From NCBI GenBank assembly GCA_013115145.1, contig JAAPAO010000312.1, positions 1-40,504 on the forward strand: a stretch of DNA of 40,504 bases, read 5' to 3'. Shown here one piece after another: positions 9,477 to 21,580 of this stretch; within the stretch, counting starts at the first letter, position 1, and each line of letters starts with the position of its first letter. The position numbers were made by a program, and so were the translations under genes. The stretch comes from Perkinsus chesapeaki ATCC PRA-425 (Eukaryota > Protista > Perkinsozoa). Under the pieces are notes generated by a model. The model did no database searches. It worked only from the letters and a program-made list of their open reading frames with translations, and was not told the DNA's origin.

Positions 9477-12400
9477 TCAACAATTGCTTGTTGTTGCCCC
9501 ATTATATGAGACAGCGGTGGCAATACTACACATGATGGTGGGACCTACTAATTTCTGGGAATATTCTCCAGTTATAACCCGACTATTGCATCCCATACAC
9601 AGCAATGATTTAGCCTCATCAACCTCTCTTGCCAACATCTCTGAGGATAGTCCAATGTCAAACCCCAGTAAGAGGAAGAGGGTCTTACGTTGAAAAGTAC
9701 CCATATCCAACACGTTCAAATTTCCGCGAAGATGCCCATCCAGTTTTTCCAGCGTTGCCAGAGTCGCTTTGTCGCCTATATCATCACACAACCAGCTGCA
9801 GAAATCCTACAACGACAGAATTAATACAGAATACAACCGAGAAGCCAGGAGGCTACGTGGCATATTTTGCTGGCTGAGTTCACAAGACCATTGAATGCCT
9901 GCAAATTGACGGCAGCTGGATACCAATCCTGTTGGCGTAGTTTATGATTAAACAGTCTCTCTGCCGTCGATCCTCCGCAACCAGCCTCCTGGCCAGCATC
10001 TATTCCGATCTGAAGTAGAGATGACTTGAAATGCAGTGGAGTGTAATTACCTACTTCAATGTAGCGCACAAGCAACCTTCGTAGCATAATCGGCTCACTA
10101 AAGGCACCATCATCAAACATGATACGCCACCAAAAGGAGTTCTCCATATCCCCACGAAAGCGATCTTCATAACCAGGCTGATACCTAGAAATATTACTCT
10201 TACCGAGGCTCGAACTTGCGACTTGTCCTATCTTGAAGCAAAGCGGAAGACATCGCCATCTTGCACAGAAGCTGCAGCCAGCAATATCCCTTCACCAGGG
10301 ATGCCCATAAGCCAGGAGTAGTACACTATTCGTGTAACATGGGCGTCAATATGGAGCCTGATGATGATCAAGTCCACCGCCGCCGCCGCACGTAAAATTC
10401 CTCACCTAGTGGCCAGCGTTCCAAGCAAACTCAGTGGACTCAACTCGTCTGGTTTCTCGAGAAGAATTCCAGCGTGAAACAGATCAATCACGGCGGCCTA
10501 AACCCGACATCTCAAAACCCGCAGAGGTTCGATCCCTGCACCTACTCTAACATTCTCCTGTCTTGGTGGTGTTATTAATGCTTGCAACAGTTCAGATGGT
10601 TTGCATGATCCCGCAGCTGTTTTGTTTTTTTCTTGGACATCAAGGAGCTGTTGATGTTTCGAATCAAAAAGATACGCAGGTAAGGCTGCTTCCTTACAGA
10701 ACTCTGTCACATACCTAACAAATTCATCGACAAACAATACCGAGACATAATGTTGAATGATGATGATGATCATGCCCGAGAATCACTATACTTGAATTTT
10801 AGCAATAAGAATCCCTCCAAATTTTCTACCGTCGACCGTCGACCATGTTAATGTATACTGCCCATGTTGTCCTCAAATGGGGGAGGGGCTGGCTTAAAAG
10901 AATCGTTGACTCATCACTTACTTGGCTTGCAAGAATAGTGTTGTTAGATCTGTATAGAGTATCTCTGGTCGATCATACTCATCCATATATTGCTCATGAA
11001 ACTCCTTAGTAAACAGCCTCACTGCGGTACCGGCACACACTCTACCGGTTCTACCAGCTCTGAAAAGTCACGCGCCTCAAAACATATGACGATACTTCGA
11101 CCAGGCTCTCCTACCTCTGCCTTACACTTGCTTTTGAGCACCATGTGTGTGTGAGCTTGTACACCTGCCTCTCGTGATCGAAACTGATGGAAAAAGCGTA
11201 AAATGGCCGGCATCGCTGGGTTGCATAAGTCACATATTCTCCCTCCTCAATCCAGTATCAATGACCAAATCAACATTTAACACTGTAAGACTTGACTCTG
11301 CAATGTTCGTTGCTAATACCTAACTCAAAAGACAACTCTAGTTTGTTGAGGTACTCTAATCATACCACCACCACTAATAATAATGATGACCAAGTTGAGT
11401 CTAATACGTATGATATGTATAGAGTAGTCTCTTATACAAACTATTCTAACGAGCATATTGCTTAACAATATTGCTTATTAATAATACTGTCATAACCATG
11501 CATATCATAATCGATCAGCTATACATCATCACTTACAATTTTCCTCTCATCATGCATTGGTTGCGATGTTGCTCGATCCTGCTCGTCCTTGGTTAACTTC
11601 GAATGCAGTGGGAATACTCTGAAAATGAAACATTACCACCACCACCTTCCACAGAGGTACAAAGGTCATAAACACAACGACAAATACAGTATCCCAAGTA
11701 CATGGGATAACGAACAGCAGCAGAAGTGGCGATAACATATACTGATATAGAGATACGTATGAATGAGTAATACAACAATGGTAAACATTTTACGGTACTA
11801 CTACAAGCTAAGTAAGTCACCTCTTGAGTAGTACGATGTTACCCAATTGAATTCAACCATATCGTTGACTCAACAATACTTATGACACACACAATAACTA
11901 CTACTGCTGCTTACCTTATATAAACAGTTCCGAATGGAAGCCTTAAAGATTCAAGCGTCTCATCGTAATTAACAAAAGTATTCTGCGACTCGGGAGTAGC
12001 GCCCTGAATAGACGATAAACAACATAAGCTTGGATAGTTTCCTGGCGCGCGACAAAAACTAACTTTGCAAGCCTTCTCCAAATCTTCCATTATAGAATCG
12101 ATCTCTCCTTTTCCTGGTACAAAGACCAATGTAGTGCTGCCTCGCTTTGCCTTTGTCAGCAACATATGGACTAAAAGATCTTGGGTCGGCTTGTACCTAA
12201 TGTGTCGGAATGAGACCCATGATGACAGAATTATCCAAGGATAATAATAGGCTCTTACAGTTCAGCCCTCTTATTAATGTCATCGTCCCAAGGCGCCTGC
12301 TCAGGATTGGCTCCACCTGCCGTAAATCCATAGTCATCTCGCCCACTTTGACTAAAAAAGAATCATGCACGCTTCAAGGTAAGATCCCCTCACATTTTAT

Positions 12401-12854
12401 CAGTCAACTTATCGAACTCTTCCATAGCCTTTTTAGCATCATCTCCCAATTCCTCATCCTGAATTAAATCACCCAAATAGACATCATCAACATGATGACG
12501 TTGTCCTTGGATTCTAATAGGCTTTGGAGAACTACCACTGTTCAAGTCCGTAAAGTATCTACCAATCAAAAGATAATAATACACTAGTAACAGTAACAGC
12601 AGTCCAACATAAAACTGGTGAAGGGAATGAAATGTAAGGAAACCAAGAAGGGACCCATTGAATGGTGGTGGTGAGATTAAACCAATGGCCTCCACCGCCA
12701 CCGCCGACCTGTGAGCCTATTTTCTCTATAGCATTTCCCTGGGGTTAGAGGTAATGCTTGTTACGAAGGTCACCCAACGACAACACAAATATTATGAATC
12801 ATCATCATCATGCTGATCAATACGTCAGCTCCCCCCCTCCCCTCATATACAGTT

Positions 12855-12888
<34 letters not shown>

Positions 12889-15383
12889 GCAGTGCTGTGG
12901 ACTTACTCCAACTTACTTGGAAAATAGTTCTGAATTAAGTGTCGCACTCATAATGACCAACTTAGTATCCCCGTTCTCCGGTCTCAGCAACAATCTCTTG
13001 CAGATGAGACTCAGAAAATCTGAATCGAGGGTGCGCTCGTGGACCTGATTAAGATAAGATTGAAGGAATCGAAAAAGAAGGAATGTAGATAATACGTAGT
13101 AAGCTGTACTAAGCTAATAGTAAGCCAATCGTGGAATGTCTAGCTCCCTCGATGACTAGCTCGTCCCCAAGCTGGATACTACCGTTGCTGCTGCTTACCT
13201 CATCAAGGACTATATGGGAGAATAAATGTACGTCATCTGGTCGATGGATAAGGACTTGTAGGAGATAACCAGTTGTTACATACCTAAGATAACAACAAGT
13301 TAACAACAATGCCAATACCAATACTGCTGCTGCTGCCTCTTTATAATACATTAATAATCCTTCAACTTAAGTTTAACTTAGCAGCACACACTTAGCAGTA
13401 TTAATGCAATGGAACGAGCGAATGACAATATAATCCCCAAATGGCGTTAAGGCTCTCTCCTTCTGCTTCCCTGTTCTTCTTCTTCTTAGTGGTAGTAGTA
13501 GTACGACTTACTCAATCTGTGTATCCTCTGAGACATTACTCTGACCCGATACTCGATAACCACATATTTGACCCAGCGTGTTAGGATTACAAAAGCCAGC
13601 AACTCTGATCATTATAAGAGCAACGACATCATCATCATCATTCCAGCAGCAGCTGATATTAATATTAATAATACTACCTTCTAGCCACTTGTATTGCTGC
13701 TATCCTCCTTGGTTGAGTACAAACTATCTTAGCCATACGACGACCTGAAAATAATTATTAATAATACTTAAATGGACTATCATCATACAATACAAATACA
13801 TGCATGAAGGGGGAACCAGTGATATAGCAATCAAGAATTTACTAAAACTTCTTGGCAAGAACATGTCGTATTTCACTTTTATTTGGCTTCGCACGTATTA
13901 AGTATCTGCTAGCACTACACATGCGGCGGAGGGAGAGCATCATCTGCCCCCGCCACTGCCATTACAGTACTAGTAAAAGCATTATCCACTATACCCCTCA
14001 AATAGCCCCCTCCCCTGCCCTGCTGCTCTACCCGAGGCTGAATACTACCTGCCTCCGGACCCCGATTGGGAGCGACATCCTCATCGTCCTCGGCGAGTAA
14101 TAATAAAGGAATTATCGTAGTTTTGCCGGAGCCAGTGTCGCCTTCAACGCAGGTTACTCGATTCCTTCTAACACGCTTGCATACCTAAATAATCCCACCA
14201 ACAACGTAAAACGCACCTTGCGTGCTTCAACCTAAGATACTATCTCAATATTACCTTATCTCCAACACGGAAAACCGGCAAAGCCTTACACTCTCCATCT
14301 GGAAAACAAACCTGAACAGCAGGCAGATGTAATTCTCACGCGCCTCGATATTCCCTCCCACGAGGGCTATTCTATGTGTAAAATTAAATATCACCTTGCC
14401 GCCCGTTCCCGACATTTGACGTAGCTTTCTCATATTAACATCATCGTCATCATCATCGTCATCATCATCAAAATAATCCATATCCTCCTCCTCCTCCTCT
14501 CCACCATAATCTACCAGATCTTCATCAATACAATCATCTCCATCGTTCTCCTCATCATCTTCCAAACCATGCTCACCAGATGCGTATCTAAGCTCGAAGC
14601 GTGCCAACCGTACCAACTGTAAACCGTTTCACTAACAATAGCACGCATGAGCACAGAACTGTCAAAACACAACAGTCCTTTCTACAATTGCATTCGTATA
14701 TCGACGTCGTCCGGGCAGTAGCAGCAGCACACTCCTTGATAACATATTTCCATTCAACGCAGGTCTCTACTAACATGACATGCAATACAGGAATTATGAC
14801 TCATCGTCGGTAAAATAGACGAAAAGGAGTTACGTCATCATCAAAGGGCCATATTTAAATAACAAGTGGGAAGCAGCTTCCTGTGCAAGTGGTGAGGGAT
14901 GTATCATAACTATACCTAGTCCTAGCCTATATAATATGTGGAGAAGGTAGAGGGAGTTGCTGGAAGGTAGGGGGATTCTAATACTACACCAAGGAAGAAG
15001 AACACCGATAACTGGTAAACAATTCAAGACTAACATTATCAAACGCCTCTCTCTAGTACAGAAGAGGAGGAGGAACTGAACTACCAAAACGTTGCCACGA
15101 CCTTATACTGTATATTCAACATGGACACGGCTGCTGTTGTGCTACGGTGGTGACTGGTCATCCATGGTCAAATCCATGACCTGGTCATCATTTCCCTTCA
15201 TTACTCTTTATCTTCTCTTCTTTCCATATTATCCTCTTCACCATCACCATCATCGCTCTCCTCCTCCTCCTCATCATTATCACTGCTACTACTATCCACC
15301 ATTCGATCCATTATATCATCATCATCCGACCAATCATCATTCAAAACACGTTCGTCAATATCGCCGACTCGAGAGGAGAGCAT
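9477..15383 (-). CDS. DEAH/RHA-family ATP-dependent RNA helicase (DHX36/DHX57/TDRD9-like subgroup), acidic N-terminus, >20 exons
   Basis: Spliced motifs appear in order: LPVFR, GDTGSGKTT (I), TQPRR (Ia), YVTTGYLLQ (Ib), DE|VHER (II), MSAT (III), LVFVPG (IV), PLHS, ATNIAESSLT (V), QR|AGRTGR (VI), then an HA2-like LATRLHIDAHVTRIVYYSWLMG. The start (MLSSRVGDIDER, ATG 15383) and the 3' end are uncertain. Confidence 0.93.
12858..12887. repeat. (AGC)10 microsatellite in a helicase intron
   Basis: Read directly from the sequence. Confidence 0.85.
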
Positions 15384-15587
15384 CACCACAGGGAGAGGAG
15401 GCCAACACCAGCAAACTACAAACAATCAATAATTATTGTCATTTTAATGCTTCTCAATATTATCATATTTATTTATATTAAAGACTGTCAACACCACACT
15501 TCTCGCACTTTTTGAAAACACTATTCATGATAATACCAAACTGAGGAGAAATAATTCGCCTTATAAAAACTCCAAAAGACTATTATT

Positions 15588-18500
15588 TTAATGTAGAGTC
15601 GGGAATGCCCCGCTAAGTTTAGTCACATCAACATCAGCTGGCTCCCTCCATCTCGAAGTGATAGTCTTTATCCTTGTATAGAAATGAACCTGAATGGGTG
15701 ATGAGAGGAGGAGGAGGAGGAGGAGATGAGTTAGTACGACGCTGATAGGTTTGATAATAACAAACATATTACCCCAGCTTTGCCATAGAAATTTAAACTA
15801 GCCCATGCTGATCTGTTCCAACCCGTAAATGAGAACATCGGTAAGGGTACTGGAATAGGAAGGTTAATACCAACCTGAAGAGGAAGAGAGGAACAGAGTA
15901 ATGCCAATATGAATTACAACGAACAAGATTGTCTACAAGGGGGAAAAGAAGGAAAAGAAGGCAATCTGGCAAAGCAAGCAAAAGAAGAAGAAGAGGAAGA
16001 GGAAAGTTAGTGCATAATGCATGTACTCTAATTAAGGGATTGATGATACATTATGAATATGTTATTGCCAATTAATACATAACCCTAAACAACAATAAAT
16101 ACCCTCCTCTCTCTCACAGGTTGAATCACATTTGAACTAGTCAAACCAGCCTGAGACTCAGACTCAGACCATACATGCAGTTATTACCTGCCCAACATTT
16201 ATCTCAGTTTGGAACTTCCTGGCCACAGCACCATTTTGGGTGAAGATAGCCACTCCATTCCCAAACCTAATACAACCAATTAGCAAAGTCCAAGCCCAAC
16301 TAAACTATATTCCCAAGCATTTATAGCAGCAGTAGGCTTTAATGAGGTGCCTGTATATCCACTCGCTAAATATAAACACTAGTAATACAATACTCCATAC
16401 ATAACAACAACAAGAAGAACACATTGGAGGGAACGAGCTCGTCCAGAGTCCCTTCATTTTCAACTAGAAATTAGAATTAAACTCATTATTCTCTGTACTT
16501 GTAGGAATGTAGGTCGTAATTTGCATAAGCAGTACCACGAGGACAAATTGTACTACGTCGAATCAGCCAGATTATACGATTAAAGTGCTATTTTTTGATA
16601 GTACAGGGCCCTAAGTATTTTCCTTCCAGTACTACTGATTCGCATTGATAAGATTAATAGCTTCCTGTAACGTATCAACTTCAGCACATGTCGCCACTGG
16701 CCCAAATACTTCTTGGTCATACGAAGTCATACCAGGCTTACAACCAGCAATCACTGTTGGACCGACAAAGTTACCATTGGGGTAGCCGGGCACCTGATAA
16801 GGAGAAACATGATCCCTTAGAATAGGTTACACTGCTTGTTATTTAATATAACAATTTTCGTAAGTTGTTTTACTACTTACAGTCCCTACGACAGCATGGT
16901 CTGGAAGACGATGATAATGTGTCCATCAAGCGACACTATTTTGGAATACTGCCCAGAGTGAAATAGAATGTATTAAATAGTAATTTTTATCTGTTCAATT
17001 ACTCCTCCTTCTTTATCTTCATCATAATATCTCCCCATCTCACCTTTGGTCTTCTGCCATCTAGCATTAGCCTAGCCCCTTCAGCCTCACATCCTCCTAT
17101 AATACCCTCAACTCGGGATAAAGCTTCCTTTGATACCAATGGACCAAAGTCTGCAGTGGCATCCAAACCCTAACACAAATATAACCAAAATACAGAGAAT
17201 CCCGAATCGCATCGTATAGCGGAAGAAAAGCCATGAAATGTATACCCTTGGTGATGGGAAAGGGAGCCAGCTTCCAGGAGGAAGAAGGAGAGGCCAGCAC
17301 TTCCATAAATCACAGCCTTGATAATACCCAAGTTATTATCAACTACTACTACTGTTGCTGCCATCAAAACCGCCTACATGTCCCGGCTTGAACTTCTTAG
17401 CTCTCTCCACCAACTCCGGTATCCATTCACGTGCTTCCCCAACAAACACCGGAACAGACAGGGCCATGCAGCGCTGGCCAGCAGCCCCAAATGCGGCATT
17501 CGCCACCATATTGAGAGCCTGGCAAAGGAGAGCAGTTTTCTGACACCTCTAGCTGCTGCTGTTGCTGCCTTTTACATCCTCCTTGTCTGCATCGGGCATA
17601 ATTACACAATGGTTCTTCGCACCCATGTTGGCTTGGACTCGTTTACCGTGTGCCGCTCCAGTGCGGAATATATACTCCCCTAACAAAAGAAGAGGGAAAT
17701 CTTTATAGTGCGACGACTGGGAATAGTGCGGCCATGTCCATATCTTTATGGTATAAAGATATTACCTGCAGCATTGCCTCCCACAAAACTAATAGCTTTA
17801 ATATCAGGATGCTTGCAAATCCATTCAACAGATTCCTTTCCACCATGAACCATGTTAACTACTCCATCTGGTATACCTGATTAAGACCATAATACCTGGA
17901 TAAATAATGAAGCATTTGAGCATGATGATGATGAGCATTCCTATTGATAAGAGGGTTACGGTATGAAAGAGTAGTGATATACAGGGTAAGATGGGAAAAT
18001 ATGATACAAAGCTGATTAGCTCATTTTCTTCTTCCCATCTTTATCATAAAAGTACGAAGATGTTTTTACATAAGTATTGAGAAAAGGACTAGACGTAGAT
18101 TATTGAACAGCGAAGGAGGAGGGAGCGTCTCTTTGGATAGAATCTTAAATCGATTATCAAATAATCGAATATTTGCTTCTTGTACAACATCATCAACAGA
18201 GCGTATAAGATATAATATCTCCAAAGAGTTAACATACTCCACAGAGGTAATGCCTACCAGTGTCCATGAGAAGCTCCATTAGCCTTACTGAAGTTAAAGG
18301 GACACGTGGGCTTGGTTTAAGAATAAAACTAAAACCATACAACAACAACACTAATAGTATATGCATAGGCTCTGCTGCTGCTATTATTACGTATTTCCAG
18401 CTGTTACTGCTAATGGGAACATCCACATAGGTATCATAGCAGGGAAGTTAAATGGGCATATTCCAGCAACAATACCAAGAGGCTCACGAAATGAATATGT

Positions 18501-19566
18501 ATCAACACCATTAGCTACACCTTGGACAGTTTCACCTATATACCAGACAATATATTCGAGAGAGTGCCCCCAGGACTTGCTGTTTAATAAGAGTAGGTTG
18601 GTATTATTATTATTCATATTACCCATCATAATAGTCTGAACTGAGCAACTATGTTCAACAACTTCTAAACCACGGAATACCTAATAACCACCATTATACA
18701 AATATTTACCGGTTTAAGACTCCTACTACTATCCAACGATTGGTAGCAATCATTAATAATAATACAATATTCAATCCAATTCGGAAATGCCGTCCAACGT
18801 TGAACTATAACAACTATCCCTTACGCTTCCTTTGGCATCCTCAATAGTCTTTCCTAACTCATCTGACACTATACGAGCCAAGTTATCCATGTCCTGAAGA
18901 TTAGAGGGGGAAATTCGGTATGAAATACGCTAGCTGCTGCACGAATATGAAATACGGTAGCTGCTGCACGCATATGAAATACGGTAGCTGCTGCACGAAT
19001 ATGAAATACGGTAGCTGCTGCACGCATATGAAATACGCTAGCTGCTGCACGCATATGAAATACGCTAGCTGCTGCACGCATATGAAATACGGTAGCTGCT
19101 GGACGCATATGAAATACCGTAGCTGCTGCACGCATATGAATCACCTTGCGAATCAAGTCAGCATACTTGAACATATATCTCTGTCTTACCGATACCGGAA
19201 CCTAACAGCAGACAAGCCTCACTTTTCACCGCGCCACAAAATTAATAATCACTTTTCTCCAGGAATGGAACGCTTCCTGTGCGGTCTTCGCTGCCGACTC
19301 CAACTCATCAACAGAACACTTGGGCGTCCTCGAAATAACATCCTGCGTGGCTGGGTCGACGACATCGATTTCGACCTAGAGGCAATCGTCACTGCGCCAC
19401 AAAATCGACCCACCTGTCCGCTCCTCGAATCAACGAATTTACCACCAACAAACATCGGCACACTTGGCGGGTAGGGCCCTCCAGGAATTATAACCGAGAA
19501 TGCACGAACAAGACCGAGGGCCGCCGCATGTCTCTTCACTGGCAATTTTAGCGAAACGGATAGCAT
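15588..19566 (-). CDS. ALDH6A1: Methylmalonate-semialdehyde dehydrogenase (acylating), mitochondrial-type, multi-exon
   Basis: Contains MLSVSLKLP...[70 protein letters not shown], catalytic [32 protein letters not shown] and [13 protein letters not shown]...FPTLH* (TAA 15588-15590). Confidence 0.97.
18919..19140. repeat. 27-nt minisatellite, 8 units + 6 nt, filling an MMSDH intron
   Basis: Unit TATGAAATACG(G/C)TAGCTGCTGCACG(C/A)A with no spacers, inside the intron 19144 to 18894 (GTGATT...CTTCAG). Confidence 0.97.
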
Positions 19567-19615
19567 CTCAGGTATTTGGGAAATAAGAACCCTGGTTCAA
19601 ATCCCCCAGTCGCCG
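19541..19615 (+). other. tRNA-like element (Pol III A and B boxes, partial cloverleaf) antisense to the MMSDH start
   Basis: A box TAGCGAAACGG (19549) and B box GGTTCAAATCC (19594) are 45 nt apart. The D stem GCGA/TAGC pairs 3/4 and the stem TCTCA/TGGGA closes a 6-nt loop. T and acceptor stems are broken. Confidence 0.4.
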
Positions 19616-19682
19616 TTTATTTATGAGCACTAATTAGAATCCATTCTAATCACATCAGAAACACAGACTAAGCCAGACATGA

Positions 19683-20008
19683 TTAGTGATAGAGACTTCT
19701 ATCAGGCTTGGCTTGTTTATACCATTCCTTATATGGACCAAGCTTATGATTAGGAATATTAAGTGGCATAATTTGTTCTCCATGCCGATGATATGGTATA
19801 AGTATTTGACCTTTTCCACCAGCTTTCTTATACCGTCGATCAGCATGATAAAGACGTTGAAGCTCGTCCACTTTATCCACCTTCGAGCTAGAGATCTTTG
19901 ACTTGTACCTGAATTTAAATACTCTCGGTGGGGTTCGAACTCGGCTTTAACTTTATCAATAGGCTTACAATACGCTACTTCTGTACGAATACAGAAAGTG
20001 CCCTTCAT
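19683..20008 (-). CDS. Small hypothetical protein, probably 2 or more exons
   Basis: MKGTFCIRTEVAYCKPIDKVKAEFEPHREYLNS joins through a 38-nt phase-1 GT..AG intron to VDELQRLYHADRRYKKAGGKG...KPDRSLYH*. The start may lie further upstream. Confidence 0.5.
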
Positions 20009-20250
20009 AATATACTTCCTTCTATCAGATATAACGTCAGTTTCATGCTTTCAACAGTTAACAGTCAGTTTAAGTCAGTTTAATGTTATGACATGTTAAT
20101 AGTCTTTTCATGAAATCGATGATCAACATTTTCCTGTCTGAGTCTAAAGATAAAACGAGTTATAATCCAAAGCGAGAGTAACATTAAAATTATGACTGAT
20201 AGGTCTATATATTTTAAAACATTTAATACTTGATACCCCCCTCGAGCCCC

Positions 20251-21466
20251 CTACTCCTCCATAGCTCTCTTCATTCCTGGTAAATTATCAATTAAACTCT
20301 TAAACTCATCCGGTGATAAATAACATAACGGTCGACGCCTAACGAGAATAACATTACATCCATACATATAAAGACATGCGTCGGTGTTACCTAAAATCTG
20401 TTATACATAGCACAGTCTCAACTTGGTACTCGGTATTCTCTTCAGCCTCTTCTGCTGTTATGTCCTGTAAAAGACAATAACAAGTTCTACAAGTTACAAC
20501 AACTAAACGGATACATACACTCTGAATATGACATGCGACACTCACAACATTATTTCGGTGATAATTATCCCATCAGAAATATCAACACCAGAGTTTGTTT
20601 TGGGGTATTAGGCGGATGAATTCATTATCTCTTCCCACCCAACTTGGTGAATTGCTGCTATCCACATGTGTTGGGTTATTGGTAGATTCATACCCAATGG
20701 GACTTATACTGTACAACGAAAATGCTGCGATGAATCTATGCCGAGATATCTTCCACAAAAGCAAGCCAGTGTGTAGAGTAAATTGATCAACTTTTATATC
20801 CTGCTGCGAACTACCAATAAGATAGGAGATTCCCAAGCCGGTATAGGATGATTAACGTAGGCGGTAAATAGGCTAGTATATATAAATGAACAAATAATAG
20901 CTCCAGTTCAATTCCCAGTGACCTCACTTTTTCATGTGTTCCTAGTATATAGTCATTCGGGTTCTCACCGGGCCGAAGCAAAGATAAAGCAATCTCGTCA
21001 CGGATCTGAGCAACTCATTAAAAACTAAGTAAAATCCAGACGCACCCATTTCGGTCGAGAAATATCCTCGTCAGGCCGTCGAGGATCTCCTTTCATCTCA
21101 ACATGGGGCCGAGCATTATAGACGAAGAATTGTTTTCCCCAAGGCTCAATGGGCTACAATAAAACACACAATATCAGTGTATCTTTGTGTATCTTGCACG
21201 CATGTGCGAGAGATTCCTGGCGGCTTACTTGGACTGGAGAAGCGTCCTTTGGCGGCCAGTGCCGGAATTTGGCCTGCCATCGTTTGATATCTGATGAATG
21301 TTACAACGACAATTCAGCAAACGTTCTTGAGGGAGTACGAAAAGCGAGAGATATGATGCAAGATGCACCCAAATCTTGATCTGGTAAGATACGGAATAGG
21401 TTAAGGGTGTGTCACCCTGCATTCCTTACTTTTCACAAAGATGAATGGAGGGTGTCGAAGCCTCAT
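20251..21466 (-). CDS. Hypothetical multi-exon protein
   Basis: Phase-consistent 5' exons give MRLRHPPFIFVK/NQDLGASCIISLAF/HIKRWQAKFRHWPPKDASPVQ/PIEPWGKQFFVYNARPHVEMKG...RPKW/IRDEIALSLLRPG. The 3' exons are DITAEEAEENTEYQVETVLCITDF/RRRPLCYLSPDEF...KRAMEE*. The middle is unresolved. Confidence 0.6.
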
Positions 21467-21556
21467 TCAATAGAGATTCAACAATCCATCAACGGCGGTA
21501 CAACAAAAATGATCCGAACGCATTGAGGAGTTAATAGAAACAACAAGTGCGCAAGA

Positions 21557-21580
21557 TGTAGGGCTGTAGGGCTGTAGGGC
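21557..21580. promoter_or_regulatory. (TGTAGGGC)3 in the ~130-bp divergent intergenic region
   Basis: Three perfect 8-mers between ATG 21466 (-) and ATG 21599 (+). The regulatory role is inferred from position only. Confidence 0.3.

Noticed and set aside
10200-10250. tRNA-Sec-like fragment (CTTCAA ... GTTCGAGCC) near the helicase TAG
   Set aside because: Stems do not pair, and the stop is TAG rather than TGA.
10520-10540. B box GGTTCGATCCC in a helicase intron
   Set aside because: There is no A box at suitable spacing, and about one such 11-mer is expected by chance per window.
18919-19140. CRISPR array
   Set aside because: Units are contiguous with no unique spacers, there are no cas genes, and the array lies in a eukaryotic intron.
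18869-19474. ORF-track proteins with MKYGSCCTH / MRAAATVFH / VQQLPYFIC repeats
   Set aside because: Artefacts of a stop-free 27-nt repeat inside a GT-AG intron; the flanking MMSDH exons join in phase.
19925-19945. tRNA-like GGGTTCGAACTC
   Set aside because: It lies in coding sequence (AEFEPH) with no other tRNA features.
19900-20008. YciI-like protein call for the small gene
   Set aside because: Similarity is limited to a short KP...HREYL pattern and the rest does not fit.
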